A stretch of 64,000 nt of DNA from Actinomycetales bacterium (GTDB lineage Bacteria > Actinomycetota > Actinomycetes > Actinomycetales > Dermatophilaceae), in contig JBBRNQ010000001.1 of assembly GCA_038230235.1 (NCBI GenBank), forward strand, positions 23,918 through 87,917. Reading direction: 5' to 3'. The position numbers and the translations under genes are program-made. The notes under the pieces are model-generated. The model saw only the letters and a program-made list of their open reading frames with translations, did not search any database and was not told the origin of the DNA. Positions 40,097 to 49,738 of the stretch are shown here, in pieces (position 1 is the first letter of the stretch; each line of letters opens with the position of its first letter).

Positions 40097-40531
40097 TCAC
40101 TCGCCGCGTGAGGCGTAGTAGACGAGGCGGAACTTGCCGATCTGCACCTCGTCGCCGATGCCCAGGACGGCGTGCTCCACGAGCTCCTTGTCGACGTAGG
40201 TGCCGTTGAGCGACCCGACGTCGTGCACGGCGTACCCCGAGTCGACCCGCCGGAACTCGGCGTGCTTGCGCGAGACCGTGACGTCGTCGAGGAAGATGTC
40301 GCTGTCGGGGTGCCGCCCGGTGGTGACCACCGGGTCGTCGAGGAGGAACCGGGCCCCGCTGTTGGGGCCGCGCAGCACGACGAGCAGGGCCGTTCCCGGA
40401 CGCAGCGCGTCGATCGTCGCCTGGTCCTCGGCCGAGAGGCCCCTGGTGTCGGGGTCGAGCTTCTCAGGCTCGCCGACGCCCTGGAACCGCATCGTCGTGG
40501 GCTCTGGCGCTCGCCCGTCGTCATCCGTCAT
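40097..40531 (-). CDS. garA: FHA-domain protein (GarA/OdhI-like)
   Basis: GPNSGARFLLD, GRHPDSDIFLDDVTVSRKHA, DVGSLNGTYV, QIGKFRL; conserved position after gcvH. Confidence 0.88.
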   Translation of the reverse strand: MTDDDGRAPEPTTMRFQGVGEPEKLDPDTRGLSAEDQATIDALRPGTALLVVLRGPNSGARFLLDDPVVTTGRHPDSDIFLDDVTVSRKHAEFRRVDSGYAVHDVGSLNGTYVDKELVEHAVLGIGDEVQIGKFRLVYYASRGE

Positions 40532-40636
40532 GGTCCGGCCCTCCTGTCGCGCTCACCGTGCCCGGCGCTCACCCTGTCCCGCTCACCCTATGGCACCCGA
40601 TCGGGCCCGGCGACGGGTCGGGTCAGGTCCGGCAGC

Positions 40637-41023
40637 TCAGGTCAGGCTGGTCCGGTAGGCGTCGGAGTCCATCAGGCCGTCGGGCAGGTCACCGGTGGGT
40701 CGGACCTCGTACATCCAGCCCTCGGCGTACGGCGCGGTGTTGACCAGCTCGGGGCTGTGCTCGAGCGCCTCGTTGAGGGCGACCACCTCACCGCTCACCG
40801 GCGCGAAGACGTCGCTCACCGACTTGGTGGACTCGACCTCACCACAGGTCTCGCCGGCCGTCACCTGCTCGCCGACGGCGGGGAGCTGGACGTAGACGAC
40901 GTCACCCAGGGCGTCCTGCGCGTACGCCGTGATGCCGATGCGGACGGCGCCGCCCTCCACCTCCTGCACCCACTCGTGGTCGGAGGTGTACTTCAGGCCG
41001 TCGGGGTAGTCGAGGTCGCTCAT
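40637..41023 (-). CDS. gcvH: Glycine cleavage system H protein
   Basis: HEW, GITAYAQDALGD, lipoyl motif ESTKSVSD, PYAEGW. Confidence 0.96.
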   Translation of the reverse strand: MSDLDYPDGLKYTSDHEWVQEVEGGAVRIGITAYAQDALGDVVYVQLPAVGEQVTAGETCGEVESTKSVSDVFAPVSGEVVALNEALEHSPELVNTAPYAEGWMYEVRPTGDLPDGLMDSDAYRTSLT

Positions 41024-41099
41024 GCTGCTCCTTGCCGGGGGGACATGGGTGGTGGTGACACGTGAGGGGCGCCGCCGTGAGCGGGCACCCGCAGGGAGG

Positions 41100-41861
41100 C
41101 TATCGGGAGGTGGAGGTGGGCGATGACTGCGGGACCGGCTGAGCGTAACGGGGGGTCGTCACCGGGGACAGCGCATCCACCCGCACCGAGGTGAGCTGCT
41201 CGACCCGGGCCGTCGCTCCGAGGCGTCGCAGGGTCTCGACGATCCCACCGGGGATCGTCATCGCCGAGGCCATCGTCTGGGGATCGCCGATGGCGAGGAT
41301 CACCACGGGACGGGTGAGGGTGGCTCCGTCGGCGACCAGGGAGCCGTCACGATCGGTGAACCACGAGCTCGCGACGATGCGCACGGACCCGACCTGGACG
41401 ACCTCCGCCCCCGCGTCACGCAGCTCCTGGAGCACGTCGAGCAGCTGGGCCGCGAGGACGGCGGACCCCGGGTCGGTGATGGTGATCCGGATGCCCGGCC
41501 CCTGGGCCGGGGCCGTGCCGCCCAGCAGGCGCAGCGCGTCGAGTCGCTGTCGGGCCTGGTCGACCGCCTCCTGGCTGCCGGCCCCCGCCCCCAGCCGGTC
41601 GCGCTGGTTCTGCAGGTCGCGCACCTGCAGGTCGAGTCGGGCCGAGCGCTGGCTGACGTCGTCGAGCACCCGGACGAGGTCGTCCTGACGCATCTGGTCG
41701 AGACCACCCTCCTGGGTCTGCTGCACCTGGGTGGCGATGGCGAAGCCGAGGGCGAGGGTGAGGACGGCACCGAGGACCTGCGCGCGGGTCGCGCGGGGCG
41801 ACCCGGCACGCGCGAGGCGCCGCCACGCCGTGCGCGCCCCCTTCGGGTCGTCGGGGGCCAT
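41100..41861 (-). CDS. DUF881 family protein (Rv1825-like)
   Basis: GPGIRITITDP, ELRDAGAE, AIGDPQTM, IPGG. Confidence 0.88.
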   Translation of the reverse strand: MAPDDPKGARTAWRRLARAGSPRATRAQVLGAVLTLALGFAIATQVQQTQEGGLDQMRQDDLVRVLDDVSQRSARLDLQVRDLQNQRDRLGAGAGSQEAVDQARQRLDALRLLGGTAPAQGPGIRITITDPGSAVLAAQLLDVLQELRDAGAEVVQVGSVRIVASSWFTDRDGSLVADGATLTRPVVILAIGDPQTMASAMTIPGGIVETLRRLGATARVEQLTSVRVDALSPVTTPRYAQPVPQSSPTSTSR

Positions 41862-42193
41862 CAGGAACCGAAGAGGTGTCGGCGGATGGAGGCCACGTTG
41901 GAGAAGATCCGCACCCCGAGCACCACGACCACCCCGGTGGACAGCTGCGTGCCCACGCCGAGCTGGTCTCCCAGGAAGACGATGAAGGCGGCCACGACCA
42001 CGTTCGACAGGAACGACACGACGAACACCCGGTCGTCGAAGATGCCGTCCAGCACCGCCCTGACGCCACCGAAGACCGCGTCAAGCGCGGCGATCACGGC
42101 GATCGGGAGGTACGGCTGGAGACCGAGGGGCACGGTCGGGTGCAGCAGCAGGCCGGCCACGATGCCGGCGAGCAGTCCGAGGGCGGGGATCAC
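41861..42193 (-). CDS. Small basic family protein (DUF1290)
   Basis: YLPIAVIAALDAVFGGVRA, RIFSNVASIRRHLF. Confidence 0.9.
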   Translation of the reverse strand: MIPALGLLAGIVAGLLLHPTVPLGLQPYLPIAVIAALDAVFGGVRAVLDGIFDDRVFVVSFLSNVVVAAFIVFLGDQLGVGTQLSTGVVVVLGVRIFSNVASIRRHLFGS

Positions 42194-43098
42194 GGGGTCA
42201 CCTTCGGGTCAGGGGTGGTCGACGTCGAGGACGGGGCGGACGCGGGTGCTGCCCGGTCGATCCCCAGCGTCGGGCTGCGGGGGACGACGAGCTGTGCGTC
42301 GGTCGTCGTGCTGGAGGGGATCTGGTAGTTGTCGCGCAGCGCGGTCAGGTAGCTGCCCCCCACCGTCTGGGCGAACGCGGCCGGCAGCCCCCGCTCGTCC
42401 CCGACCGCCGTGATCACGTACGGCGGCGAGAGCGGCCGGTAGTCGACGAGGATCGCCTGACCGGCGAAGCGGATGGCCGAGCGAGCCGTGAGCCGCTGAC
42501 CGTTGACCGCCATCGCCTCCGCGCCGGCCTGCCAGAGACCGTTGACGACGACCTGCAGGTCGGCGGAGGTCACCCGGCCCTCCTGGGCGGTGTCACCGGT
42601 GCGCGGCTGACCCGGCCCGGCCGCCGCGTCCGGGGCGTCCTGCAGGGTCACGGTCATGCCGGGACCCTGCACCGCGACGTCGCCGGTCGTCAGCGACAGG
42701 CGGGCCAGCTCGTCGGTGAGGGCGGAGGCCGAGCCTCCGATGGCCGCCGCCCCCGACGCCGCGATCTGGGCCCGGAGCTGCTCGATCGCGGCCACCTGCT
42801 CGTCGCCGTGCGCCTGACGGGCGTGGACCTGGTCGATGAGCTGCTGCTTCTCCCTGCTGGCGGAGGTGCCGCCCGGGCGCAGGGTGAGGGCCGACGCCGC
42901 GAGGAGGAAGCCGATGACCACGGCCGCGGTGGCGACGAGCCAGCCTCGGTCGCCGTGGCTGGCTGGACCACCGACCCCGGTGCGGCGCTCGGAAGCAGCC
43001 GCGTAACCCGGGTCGAGCGGGCGCTCGAGGATCTGGGTGAGCAGGGTCATCGACGCGTCGGGGCGCCGGGGGACGGGAGCCGGGGAGGGAGTGGCCAC
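42190..43098 (-). CDS. DUF881 family protein (Rv1823-like)
   Basis: LDPGYAAA, GPGMTVTL, DLQVVVNGLWQAGAEA, NGQRLT, PPYVITAVG. Confidence 0.88.
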   Translation of the reverse strand: MATPSPAPVPRRPDASMTLLTQILERPLDPGYAAASERRTGVGGPASHGDRGWLVATAAVVIGFLLAASALTLRPGGTSASREKQQLIDQVHARQAHGDEQVAAIEQLRAQIAASGAAAIGGSASALTDELARLSLTTGDVAVQGPGMTVTLQDAPDAAAGPGQPRTGDTAQEGRVTSADLQVVVNGLWQAGAEAMAVNGQRLTARSAIRFAGQAILVDYRPLSPPYVITAVGDERGLPAAFAQTVGGSYLTALRDNYQIPSSTTTDAQLVVPRSPTLGIDRAAPASAPSSTSTTPDPKVTP

Positions 43099-43102
43099 GC
43101 GC

Positions 43103-43759
43103 TCAGGCCGATCCGGTGGCGAGGGGGGTCCGCAGTGAGCGGCGACGACGCAGGTCGGCCGCCTGGACGGCGTACAGGGCGGCGGCCAGCCAGTAGAGGC
43201 CGACCCCCCACCAGGTGAAGGCCCACCCGATCGGACGGGCCACGTCGCCCAGCCGCCCGGGCTGCACCGAGAGCAGCAGGATCGGGAAGGCGTACAGCAG
43301 GTTGAAGGTCGCGGCCTTGCCGACGAAGTGCACCGGCAGACCGGTCTGGCCGACCCGCTTGAGCGCCAGCACGAGCACCGCCATGAACCCGTCACGGGCG
43401 AGCAGGACGACGAGGAGCCAGACGGGGATGATGTCACGCCAGGCGAAGGCGAGGATGGTCGTGAGGGTGTAGAGGCGGTCGGCCGCGGGGTCGAGCAGCT
43501 CACCCACCCGTGAGACGAGGCCGTAGCGCCGGGCGATCTTGCCGTCGAGGTAATCGGTGACGCCCGAGAGGATGAGCACCGTGACCGCCCACCCGTCGTG
43601 GCGCTCCAGCAGCAGCCACAGGAAGAGGGGAACACCGAGCAGTCGCAGGAACGAGAGCGCGTTGGGCACCGTGAGCACCCGGTTGCTGACTGCCTCAGGG
43701 CGGGCAGGACCGTGCGACGACCGGTCTCCCGAGCGCCCCGTCCCCGCATCGTCGACCAC
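43103..43759 (-). CDS. CDP-alcohol phosphatidyltransferase (PgsA2-like)
   Basis: TVPNALSFLR, TDYLDGKIAR, GELLDPAAD, GKAATF. TAGTCT lies 6 nt before GTG. Confidence 0.92.
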   Translation of the reverse strand: MVDDAGTGRSGDRSSHGPARPEAVSNRVLTVPNALSFLRLLGVPLFLWLLLERHDGWAVTVLILSGVTDYLDGKIARRYGLVSRVGELLDPAADRLYTLTTILAFAWRDIIPVWLLVVLLARDGFMAVLVLALKRVGQTGLPVHFVGKAATFNLLYAFPILLLSVQPGRLGDVARPIGWAFTWWGVGLYWLAAALYAVQAADLRRRRSLRTPLATGSA

Positions 43760-43803
43760 GAGGCGAGACTATCGGGTCGGCCGACCGGCGCCGGGGAGGC
43801 CAC

Positions 43804-43828
43804 GAGCGGGCACCGGGCGTTCCCGCTC
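43804..43828 (-). terminator. Stem-loop downstream of the DoxX gene
   Basis: gagcggg-N11-cccgctc. Confidence 0.45.
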
Positions 43829-43832
43829 GGTC

Positions 43833-44414
43833 TCAGCCCGACGCCTTGCCCCTGTTGCGCACGGCGCGGTCGAGGCCGAGCCCTCCCCCGCCGAGACCCA
43901 GCAGGGCGGCACCCGCGCCGGCGAGCAGGAGCTGGAAGTCTCCGTTGAAGCCCGGCACACCGGGCGAGAAGATCTGCGACCCTCTCGACCAGTTGACCAG
44001 GACCAGGGCGGTGACGGCGCTGATGACCACCCCGGCGCCCACCACCCGCACCGCGAGGCCGAGCACCAGGGCGATCGCCATGGCCAGCTGGATCGGCCCG
44101 AGGAGCGTGCCCAGCACCTCGTAGGCCGGCATCCGCACGGCGCGGAGCATCTGCTCGGCCTCGTCTCGCCTGTCGATCTTCTGCAGCCCCCGCACCCCCA
44201 GCACCGCAGCGACGACCAACCGCAGCAGCAGGAGCCCCACGGCTCCGTCGACACGGTCCACGACGTGGTGGGTCCGGGGGCGGGTCTGCGCGTCTCCGAG
44301 GGCCGCGAAGGGCTCGGGCTCACCCTCCGGCGCTTCGTACGGTGCCTCGTACGGCGCCTCGTCATGCGCAGCGCCGGGGGCGTCTCCCTGCTCGCGGGAG
44401 GCGTTGCCGCTCAT
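43833..44414 (-). CDS. DoxX family membrane protein
   Basis: GLLLLRLVVA...RGLQK, LVLGLAVR, G.G.LGLD; N-terminal EAPY repeat. Confidence 0.8.
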   Translation of the reverse strand: MSGNASREQGDAPGAAHDEAPYEAPYEAPEGEPEPFAALGDAQTRPRTHHVVDRVDGAVGLLLLRLVVAAVLGVRGLQKIDRRDEAEQMLRAVRMPAYEVLGTLLGPIQLAMAIALVLGLAVRVVGAGVVISAVTALVLVNWSRGSQIFSPGVPGFNGDFQLLLAGAGAALLGLGGGGLGLDRAVRNRGKASG

Positions 44415-44618
44415 CGTCGGGCCTGGTGGGTGCTGGATCGGCTCACGGTCACCATGCTGCCCCAGGCGGGCATCCGGGTCGGGGAGGCACACCAGCGAGA
44501 CTCTGGGGCGGCCGGAGCGCCGTACGCCGGGCAGTGTCAGTCGCACGCCACCGCGACTCGCAGTCGTGGTGACCTTGTGCCCTGTTTCCCGCTCATGCCG
44601 GTGCACAGACTCAGGTCC

Positions 44619-46085
44619 ATGACGCTCAGCCCAGCTCTCAAACCATCGAGCGACGCCACCCCGCCGCACACGCGTGGTCTTCGACCCCTCTACTTCAAGG
44701 CGGGAATCCCTCTCGTCCTCACGTTGGCCCTGTACGTCGTGCCAACACCGACTGGCGTGAGCGCTCATGGCATGCACATGCTGGCGATCTTCGTCGGGAC
44801 CATCGTGGCCCTGATCCTGCAACCACTGCCGACCGGTTCGGTGGCCATGGTGGGACTCGCAGTGGCCATGATCACCGGTACCCAGGTGCCCGCCGATGCG
44901 CTTTCCGGCTTCAGCAATGCCACCATCTGGCTGATCGTGGCGTCGTTCTTCATCGCCGAAGGGTTCCTGGTCACCGGGCTCGGGGAGCGCATCGCCCTGA
45001 TGTTCGTTGCCCGACTGGGCCGCTCTAGCTTGGGCCTGTCCTACGGCATGGCCTTGACCGATCTGGTGCTGGCACCGGCCACCCCCTCGAACACGGCCCG
45101 GGCCGGGGGGGTCGTCTACCCGATCATCGTGTCGCTGAGCTCGCTGGAGGGATCGAAGCCCGAGCCGGAGGAGTCCCGCAAACGCCTGGGCGCGTACCTG
45201 CTGCTGACCTCACTGCAGGTCAACGTCGTCACCTCGGCGATGTTCGTCACCGCGATGGCCGGCAACCCGCTGGCCGTGGCCGCGGCGGCAAAGCTCGGGG
45301 TCGACATCTCCTGGGCGAAGTGGGCGGTCGCCGCCTCCGTGCCCGGTATCGCCAGCCTGGTCGCAGTCCCGTGGGTGATGTCCAAGATCTACCCGCCGAC
45401 GGTGACCAGCACACCGGAGGCGCCGGCTCACGCACGCGAGCGGCTGACCGCCACCGGGCCGTTGTCGACCGCCGAGAAGATCATGGGCGTGACGTTCGTC
45501 CTCCTCCTGATCCTGTGGTGCACCGGTTCCCAGACCGGGGTCAACGCGACCTCGGTGGCGCTGGCCGGCGTGGCGGTCCTGCTGGTGACGAACGTGTTGA
45601 CCTGGAAGAACCTGGTCGGCGACGCCGGCGCCTGGCAGACACTGGTCTTCTTTGCCGTGCTGGTCGGAATGGCCTCGCAGCTGCAGACCGACGGCGTGAT
45701 CGCCTGGGCCGGCCGGCAGGTCTCCCACGGTGTGGCCGGGCTGCCGTGGCTGCTCGCGTTCGCCATCCTGGCGCTGGTCTACTTCTACGTGCACTACCTG
45801 TTCGCCTCGAACACCGCGCAGATCGTGGCCATGTATGCGGTGTTCCTGGCCGCGGCCATCGGTTCCGGCGCACCGCCGTTGTTCGCCGCACTGGTGCTCG
45901 GATTCATCGGCAACCTCTTCGGTGGACTGGCTCACTACTCGTCCGGCCCGGCGGGGGTGATCTTCGGCTCAGGGTTCGTCAAGACGTCGGAGTGGTTCCG
46001 GATCGGGTTCATCATGAGTCTGGTGCTGATCCTGATCTGGACCGTCATCGGCGGCGGCTGGATGAAGCTGATCGGCATCTGGTGA
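44619..46085 (+). CDS. DASS-family dicarboxylate transporter (CitT/DccT-like)
   Basis: PSNTARAGG, SAMFVTAMAGN, FASNTAQ, HYSSGPA; about 12-14 hydrophobic segments. Confidence 0.9.
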   Translation: MTLSPALKPSSDATPPHTRGLRPLYFKAGIPLVLTLALYVVPTPTGVSAHGMHMLAIFVGTIVALILQPLPTGSVAMVGLAVAMITGTQVPADALSGFSNATIWLIVASFFIAEGFLVTGLGERIALMFVARLGRSSLGLSYGMALTDLVLAPATPSNTARAGGVVYPIIVSLSSLEGSKPEPEESRKRLGAYLLLTSLQVNVVTSAMFVTAMAGNPLAVAAAAKLGVDISWAKWAVAASVPGIASLVAVPWVMSKIYPPTVTSTPEAPAHARERLTATGPLSTAEKIMGVTFVLLLILWCTGSQTGVNATSVALAGVAVLLVTNVLTWKNLVGDAGAWQTLVFFAVLVGMASQLQTDGVIAWAGRQVSHGVAGLPWLLAFAILALVYFYVHYLFASNTAQIVAMYAVFLAAAIGSGAPPLFAALVLGFIGNLFGGLAHYSSGPAGVIFGSGFVKTSEWFRIGFIMSLVLILIWTVIGGGWMKLIGIW

Positions 46086-46113
46086 GCACGACCCCCTTGG
46101 CCCGGGATCATGC

Positions 46114-46863
46114 TCAGTCAGGGCGGCGACGCCAGCGGGCCCGGAGGGTTTCCTTGGGTACGGCGGCGATCGCGGTGAGAGGGATATCTGCCGGGCAGAC
46201 CCGGGCGCACTCGCCGTACGTCGAGCAGGGCCCGAAGTCCGCATCCAGCTGGTCGTTCATCGCGATCGCCCGGCTACCGCGTTCGGCCTGCCCCTGAAGG
46301 ATCAGCGCCAGGTGGGTGAGCTTGGCACCAGCGAAGAGGTGAGCAGCACCGTTGGGGCAGGCCGCCACGCAGGCCCCGCATCCGATGCACCCGGCGAAGG
46401 CGAGGGCGGTCTCGGCCGTGGCGCGTGGCATCGGCCGGCTGTCGGCATCGGGGGCGGTGCCTGTCTGGACGCTGACGAAGCCACCGGCTTCGATCAGGCG
46501 GTCCAGCGCAGAGCGGTCGACGGCGAGGTCGCGGACCACCGGAAACGCGTTGGACCGGAAGGGTTCCAGCGTGATCGTCTGACCGTCATGGAAGCTACGC
46601 AGGTGCTGGCGGCAGGTCGGAGTGTTCGCCTCAGGCCCGTGGGGTCGCCCGTCGACGGTGATACCGCAGGCGCCGCAGCTGCCCTCGCGGCAGTCCGAGT
46701 CGAAGGCGATCGGGGGCGTGCCCTGCCCGACCAGGGTCTCGTTCAACCGGTCCAGCAGCTCCAACAGGGACATGCTCGGCACGGCGTCGGTGACCTGGTG
46801 GTCGACGAAACCGCCGGGCGCGGTGCCATCCTGCTGCCGCCAGACCCTCAGGGTAATCTTCAT
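46114..46863 (-). CDS. sdhB: Succinate dehydrogenase/fumarate reductase Fe-S subunit
   Basis: CREGSCGACG, CIGCGACVAACP, CSTYGECARVCP. Confidence 0.94.
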   Translation of the reverse strand: MKITLRVWRQQDGTAPGGFVDHQVTDAVPSMSLLELLDRLNETLVGQGTPPIAFDSDCREGSCGACGITVDGRPHGPEANTPTCRQHLRSFHDGQTITLEPFRSNAFPVVRDLAVDRSALDRLIEAGGFVSVQTGTAPDADSRPMPRATAETALAFAGCIGCGACVAACPNGAAHLFAGAKLTHLALILQGQAERGSRAIAMNDQLDADFGPCSTYGECARVCPADIPLTAIAAVPKETLRARWRRRPD

Positions 46864-48836
46864 CGGTAGTCTCTCGTCTGCAGGGGGACGGCGGTGAAGG
46901 TCAGCGGTTCATCGTGCCGGACGTGGCTTCCGTCGGCGCGGGTCTCCCAGGCGGACACGAAAGCCCAGTCGGTGTCGTTGCGTTGTGCCTCTCCGGTGCT
47001 GGTCTGGTGCTCGGTCCGGAAGTGGGCGCCGCAGGACTCGTCGCGGTCCAGGGCGTCGATGCACATCAGCTCGGCCAGCTCGAGGAAGTCGGCCACCCGA
47101 CCGGCGTGTTCGAGCTCCTGGTTGAACTCTTCACCACCACTGACGATGCGCAGGTCCGACCAGAACTCCGCTCGCAGGCCACGGATCTCCCTGATGGCCG
47201 CGCTCAGTGACGAGGCGGACCTGCTCACACCGCAGCCGCGGAAGAGGATCTCTCCGAGCAGCCGGTGAAAATGAGCGGGACCATGCGTGCCGCCTACCCC
47301 CAGCAGGGAGTCCGTCCGGCAGCGGACCCGGTCGATCGCCTCTGTGACCGCCTGGTCGTCGAGGGCGAGCGCGGGTGCCCCGAGGGACGGAGCGAGGTAG
47401 TTCGGAACCGAGAGGGGGAGCGTGAACCACCCGTCGACCGAGGCAGACAGCAGCGAGTTGGCGCCGAGGCGGTTTGCTCCGTGGTAGCCGTAGCCCACCT
47501 CTCCCCCGACGAAAAGCCCCGGTATGGAGGTCATCTGGTCGAAGTCGTTCCACAGGCCGCCCATGACGAAGTGCGCTCCCGGTGCGATCCGCATCGGGGT
47601 GCGGTAGGCGTCGTCCCCCGTTGCGTTGCGGTAGGTGGCGAAGATGTTGCCGTACCGCTCCTCCAGGATCGGCCGCCCGACGGCGGCGATGGCGTCCCGG
47701 AAGTCCAGGTAGACGCTGTTTCGCAACGGCCCGACCCCGAGGCCGGACTCGAGCTGCTCTTGGGCGGCCCGGGATGCCACGTCACGAGGCGCGAGGTTTC
47801 CGTAGGCCGGATACTTCCGCTCCAGGTAGTAGTCGCGCTCGCCCTCCGGGATGGAGTTCGGGTCCCGCTCGTCCCCCGGTGCCTTGGGCACCCAGATCCG
47901 TCCATCGTTGCGCAACGACTCGCTCATCAGCGTCGTCTTGGACTGCCAGGGGGAGTCCACCGGCAGGGTGGTCGGATGGAACTGGACGAACGACGGCGAC
48001 GCCATCAGGGCGCCGACCCGGTGTGCCCGCCAGGCTGCGGTCGCGTTGGAGTTCAGCGCCAGGGTTGCGTGGTGGTAGACGGTTCCGTATCCGCCCGTGG
48101 CCAGGACGACGGCATGCCCGGTGGTGGCGCGCAGCTCCCCTGTCAGCAGGTCGCGGGTGACGATCCCCTGTGCTCGGCCGTCCGCGACGACCAGGTCGAG
48201 CATCTCGTGTCGGGTGTGAAGTCGTACAGAACCGCCCGCCACCTGACGATGCAGCGCCGCAGTGGCAGCGACCTGCAGCTGCTGCCCGGTCTGCCCTCGG
48301 GTGTAATAGGTGCGCGAGACCTGGACGCCGCCGAACGAGCGGGTGGCCAGCTGGCCACCGTACTCACGGGCGAACGGGGCCCCGATGGCATCGAGATGGT
48401 CGATCACCCGGACCGACTCCTCGCCGAGCCGGAAGCCGTCGGCTTCCCGGCCACGGTAGTCACCGCCTTTCACCGTGTCCTTGACGAACCGGGCGAGGCT
48501 GTCGTTGTCGACCTTCCGGGCGCGAGCAGCGTTGATCCCCCCCTGCGCCGCAACGCTGTGCGCGCGGCGGGCCGAGTCATGGAACGTGAACGACTCCACC
48601 TGGTAGCCGAGCTCACCCAGGGAGGCGGCGCAGCCGGCACCGGCCAGACCGGTCCCGACCACGATGACGGTGAACTTCTTCCGGTTCGTCGGGCTGATCA
48701 GGCGGTAGTCGAACTTCCGGGTCGCCCACGCCAGCGCCGGGTCACCGGCAGGCACCTTCGCGTCGAGATGCCCACCGAGGGTGCGCAACGACTCGAGGCC
48801 AAGGAGGTCGAGGGCGTGCTCTTCCACCGCGGTCAT
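46860..48836 (-). CDS. sdhA: Succinate dehydrogenase/fumarate reductase flavoprotein
   Basis: GTGLAG, HSVAAQGGINA (covalent FAD His), QFHPT, SESLR, HGANRLGANSL. Confidence 0.95.
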   Translation of the reverse strand: MTAVEEHALDLLGLESLRTLGGHLDAKVPAGDPALAWATRKFDYRLISPTNRKKFTVIVVGTGLAGAGCAASLGELGYQVESFTFHDSARRAHSVAAQGGINAARARKVDNDSLARFVKDTVKGGDYRGREADGFRLGEESVRVIDHLDAIGAPFAREYGGQLATRSFGGVQVSRTYYTRGQTGQQLQVAATAALHRQVAGGSVRLHTRHEMLDLVVADGRAQGIVTRDLLTGELRATTGHAVVLATGGYGTVYHHATLALNSNATAAWRAHRVGALMASPSFVQFHPTTLPVDSPWQSKTTLMSESLRNDGRIWVPKAPGDERDPNSIPEGERDYYLERKYPAYGNLAPRDVASRAAQEQLESGLGVGPLRNSVYLDFRDAIAAVGRPILEERYGNIFATYRNATGDDAYRTPMRIAPGAHFVMGGLWNDFDQMTSIPGLFVGGEVGYGYHGANRLGANSLLSASVDGWFTLPLSVPNYLAPSLGAPALALDDQAVTEAIDRVRCRTDSLLGVGGTHGPAHFHRLLGEILFRGCGVSRSASSLSAAIREIRGLRAEFWSDLRIVSGGEEFNQELEHAGRVADFLELAELMCIDALDRDESCGAHFRTEHQTSTGEAQRNDTDWAFVSAWETRADGSHVRHDEPLTFTAVPLQTRDYR

Positions 48837-49579
48837 CGGACCAGGCCCGTCAGCACCGCGATCGGGATCGAGGCATTGCCGACGAACACGACGCCCGCCA
48901 CGGCCCCGGAGAGTGCGACAGCCACCTGGCGGAAGCGCTGACCGGTGGCGCCGAGATCATTGACCACGCTCCATAGCCCATGCCCAAGATGCAGGCCGAG
49001 CGCGAGCATGGCCAACAGGTAGAACGCCGAGACCGCCGGCCGCTCGAAGCTCGCCACCAGGTTCTGGTAGGCGGCGCTGCTCGTGGCCGACCCGGCGGAG
49101 TAGGTCGGGCTCGTCACCGGCCGGGTGCCGGTGGTCAGGTCGAGGAGGTGAAAGACGATGAACAACAACAGCACGATGCCTGTCACGGGCATCGACCGGG
49201 CCGAGAAGGACCGCCATCCCAGTCCGGTCCGCCGAAACGACCCCCTCGCCCGGCGACCGCGCGCCCTCAGCACGACGGCACACCACAGGTGAGCTACCAG
49301 AGCGCACGCGAGGACGACTCGCAGTACCCACAAGAGCCCTTCGTACGGCAGCAACGGCTCCAGCACGGTCCGCAGCCAGTGCGCGTACTCGTCGAAGTGT
49401 CGCTGCCCGGTGTAGACCTTCAGGTTTCCGACCAGGTGGGCGATGACGAACAGCCCGAACACCGACCCGGTGACTGCCATCACCACCTTGCACGTCACCG
49501 TCGATACCCGCGGCGCGGGTCTGGCCGGGTGATGCGGGCTGCCCGCATCCACCGGCGACGTGCGCATGGGAACGCTCAC
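48833..49579 (-). CDS. sdhC: Succinate dehydrogenase cytochrome b558 anchor (three-subunit, di-haem type)
   Basis: Four His in TM helices (HLVGN, AHLW, FHLLD, HLGHG); first gene of sdhCAB. Confidence 0.88.
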   Translation of the reverse strand: MSVPMRTSPVDAGSPHHPARPAPRVSTVTCKVVMAVTGSVFGLFVIAHLVGNLKVYTGQRHFDEYAHWLRTVLEPLLPYEGLLWVLRVVLACALVAHLWCAVVLRARGRRARGSFRRTGLGWRSFSARSMPVTGIVLLLFIVFHLLDLTTGTRPVTSPTYSAGSATSSAAYQNLVASFERPAVSAFYLLAMLALGLHLGHGLWSVVNDLGATGQRFRQVAVALSGAVAGVVFVGNASIPIAVLTGLVR

Positions 49580-49738
49580 AGGATCAGCCCTTCCGATGGT
49601 CTGCGTCGCGACCAGCTGAGCACGACCCGAAGCCCAGCCTGCCGCGAGAGCAGGGTCGCGACCAGAGAACTAGGTCCCGACTACGAGCGGGACCAACGGC
49701 TCTACGGAGGACCAGCAACGCCGAGCAGAGTCAGCAAC

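Noticed and set aside
43557-44618. N-terminal extension of the 842-aa DASS ORF
   Set aside because: Overlaps pgsA2 and doxX on the opposite strand; transporter-like sequence starts only near ATG 44619.
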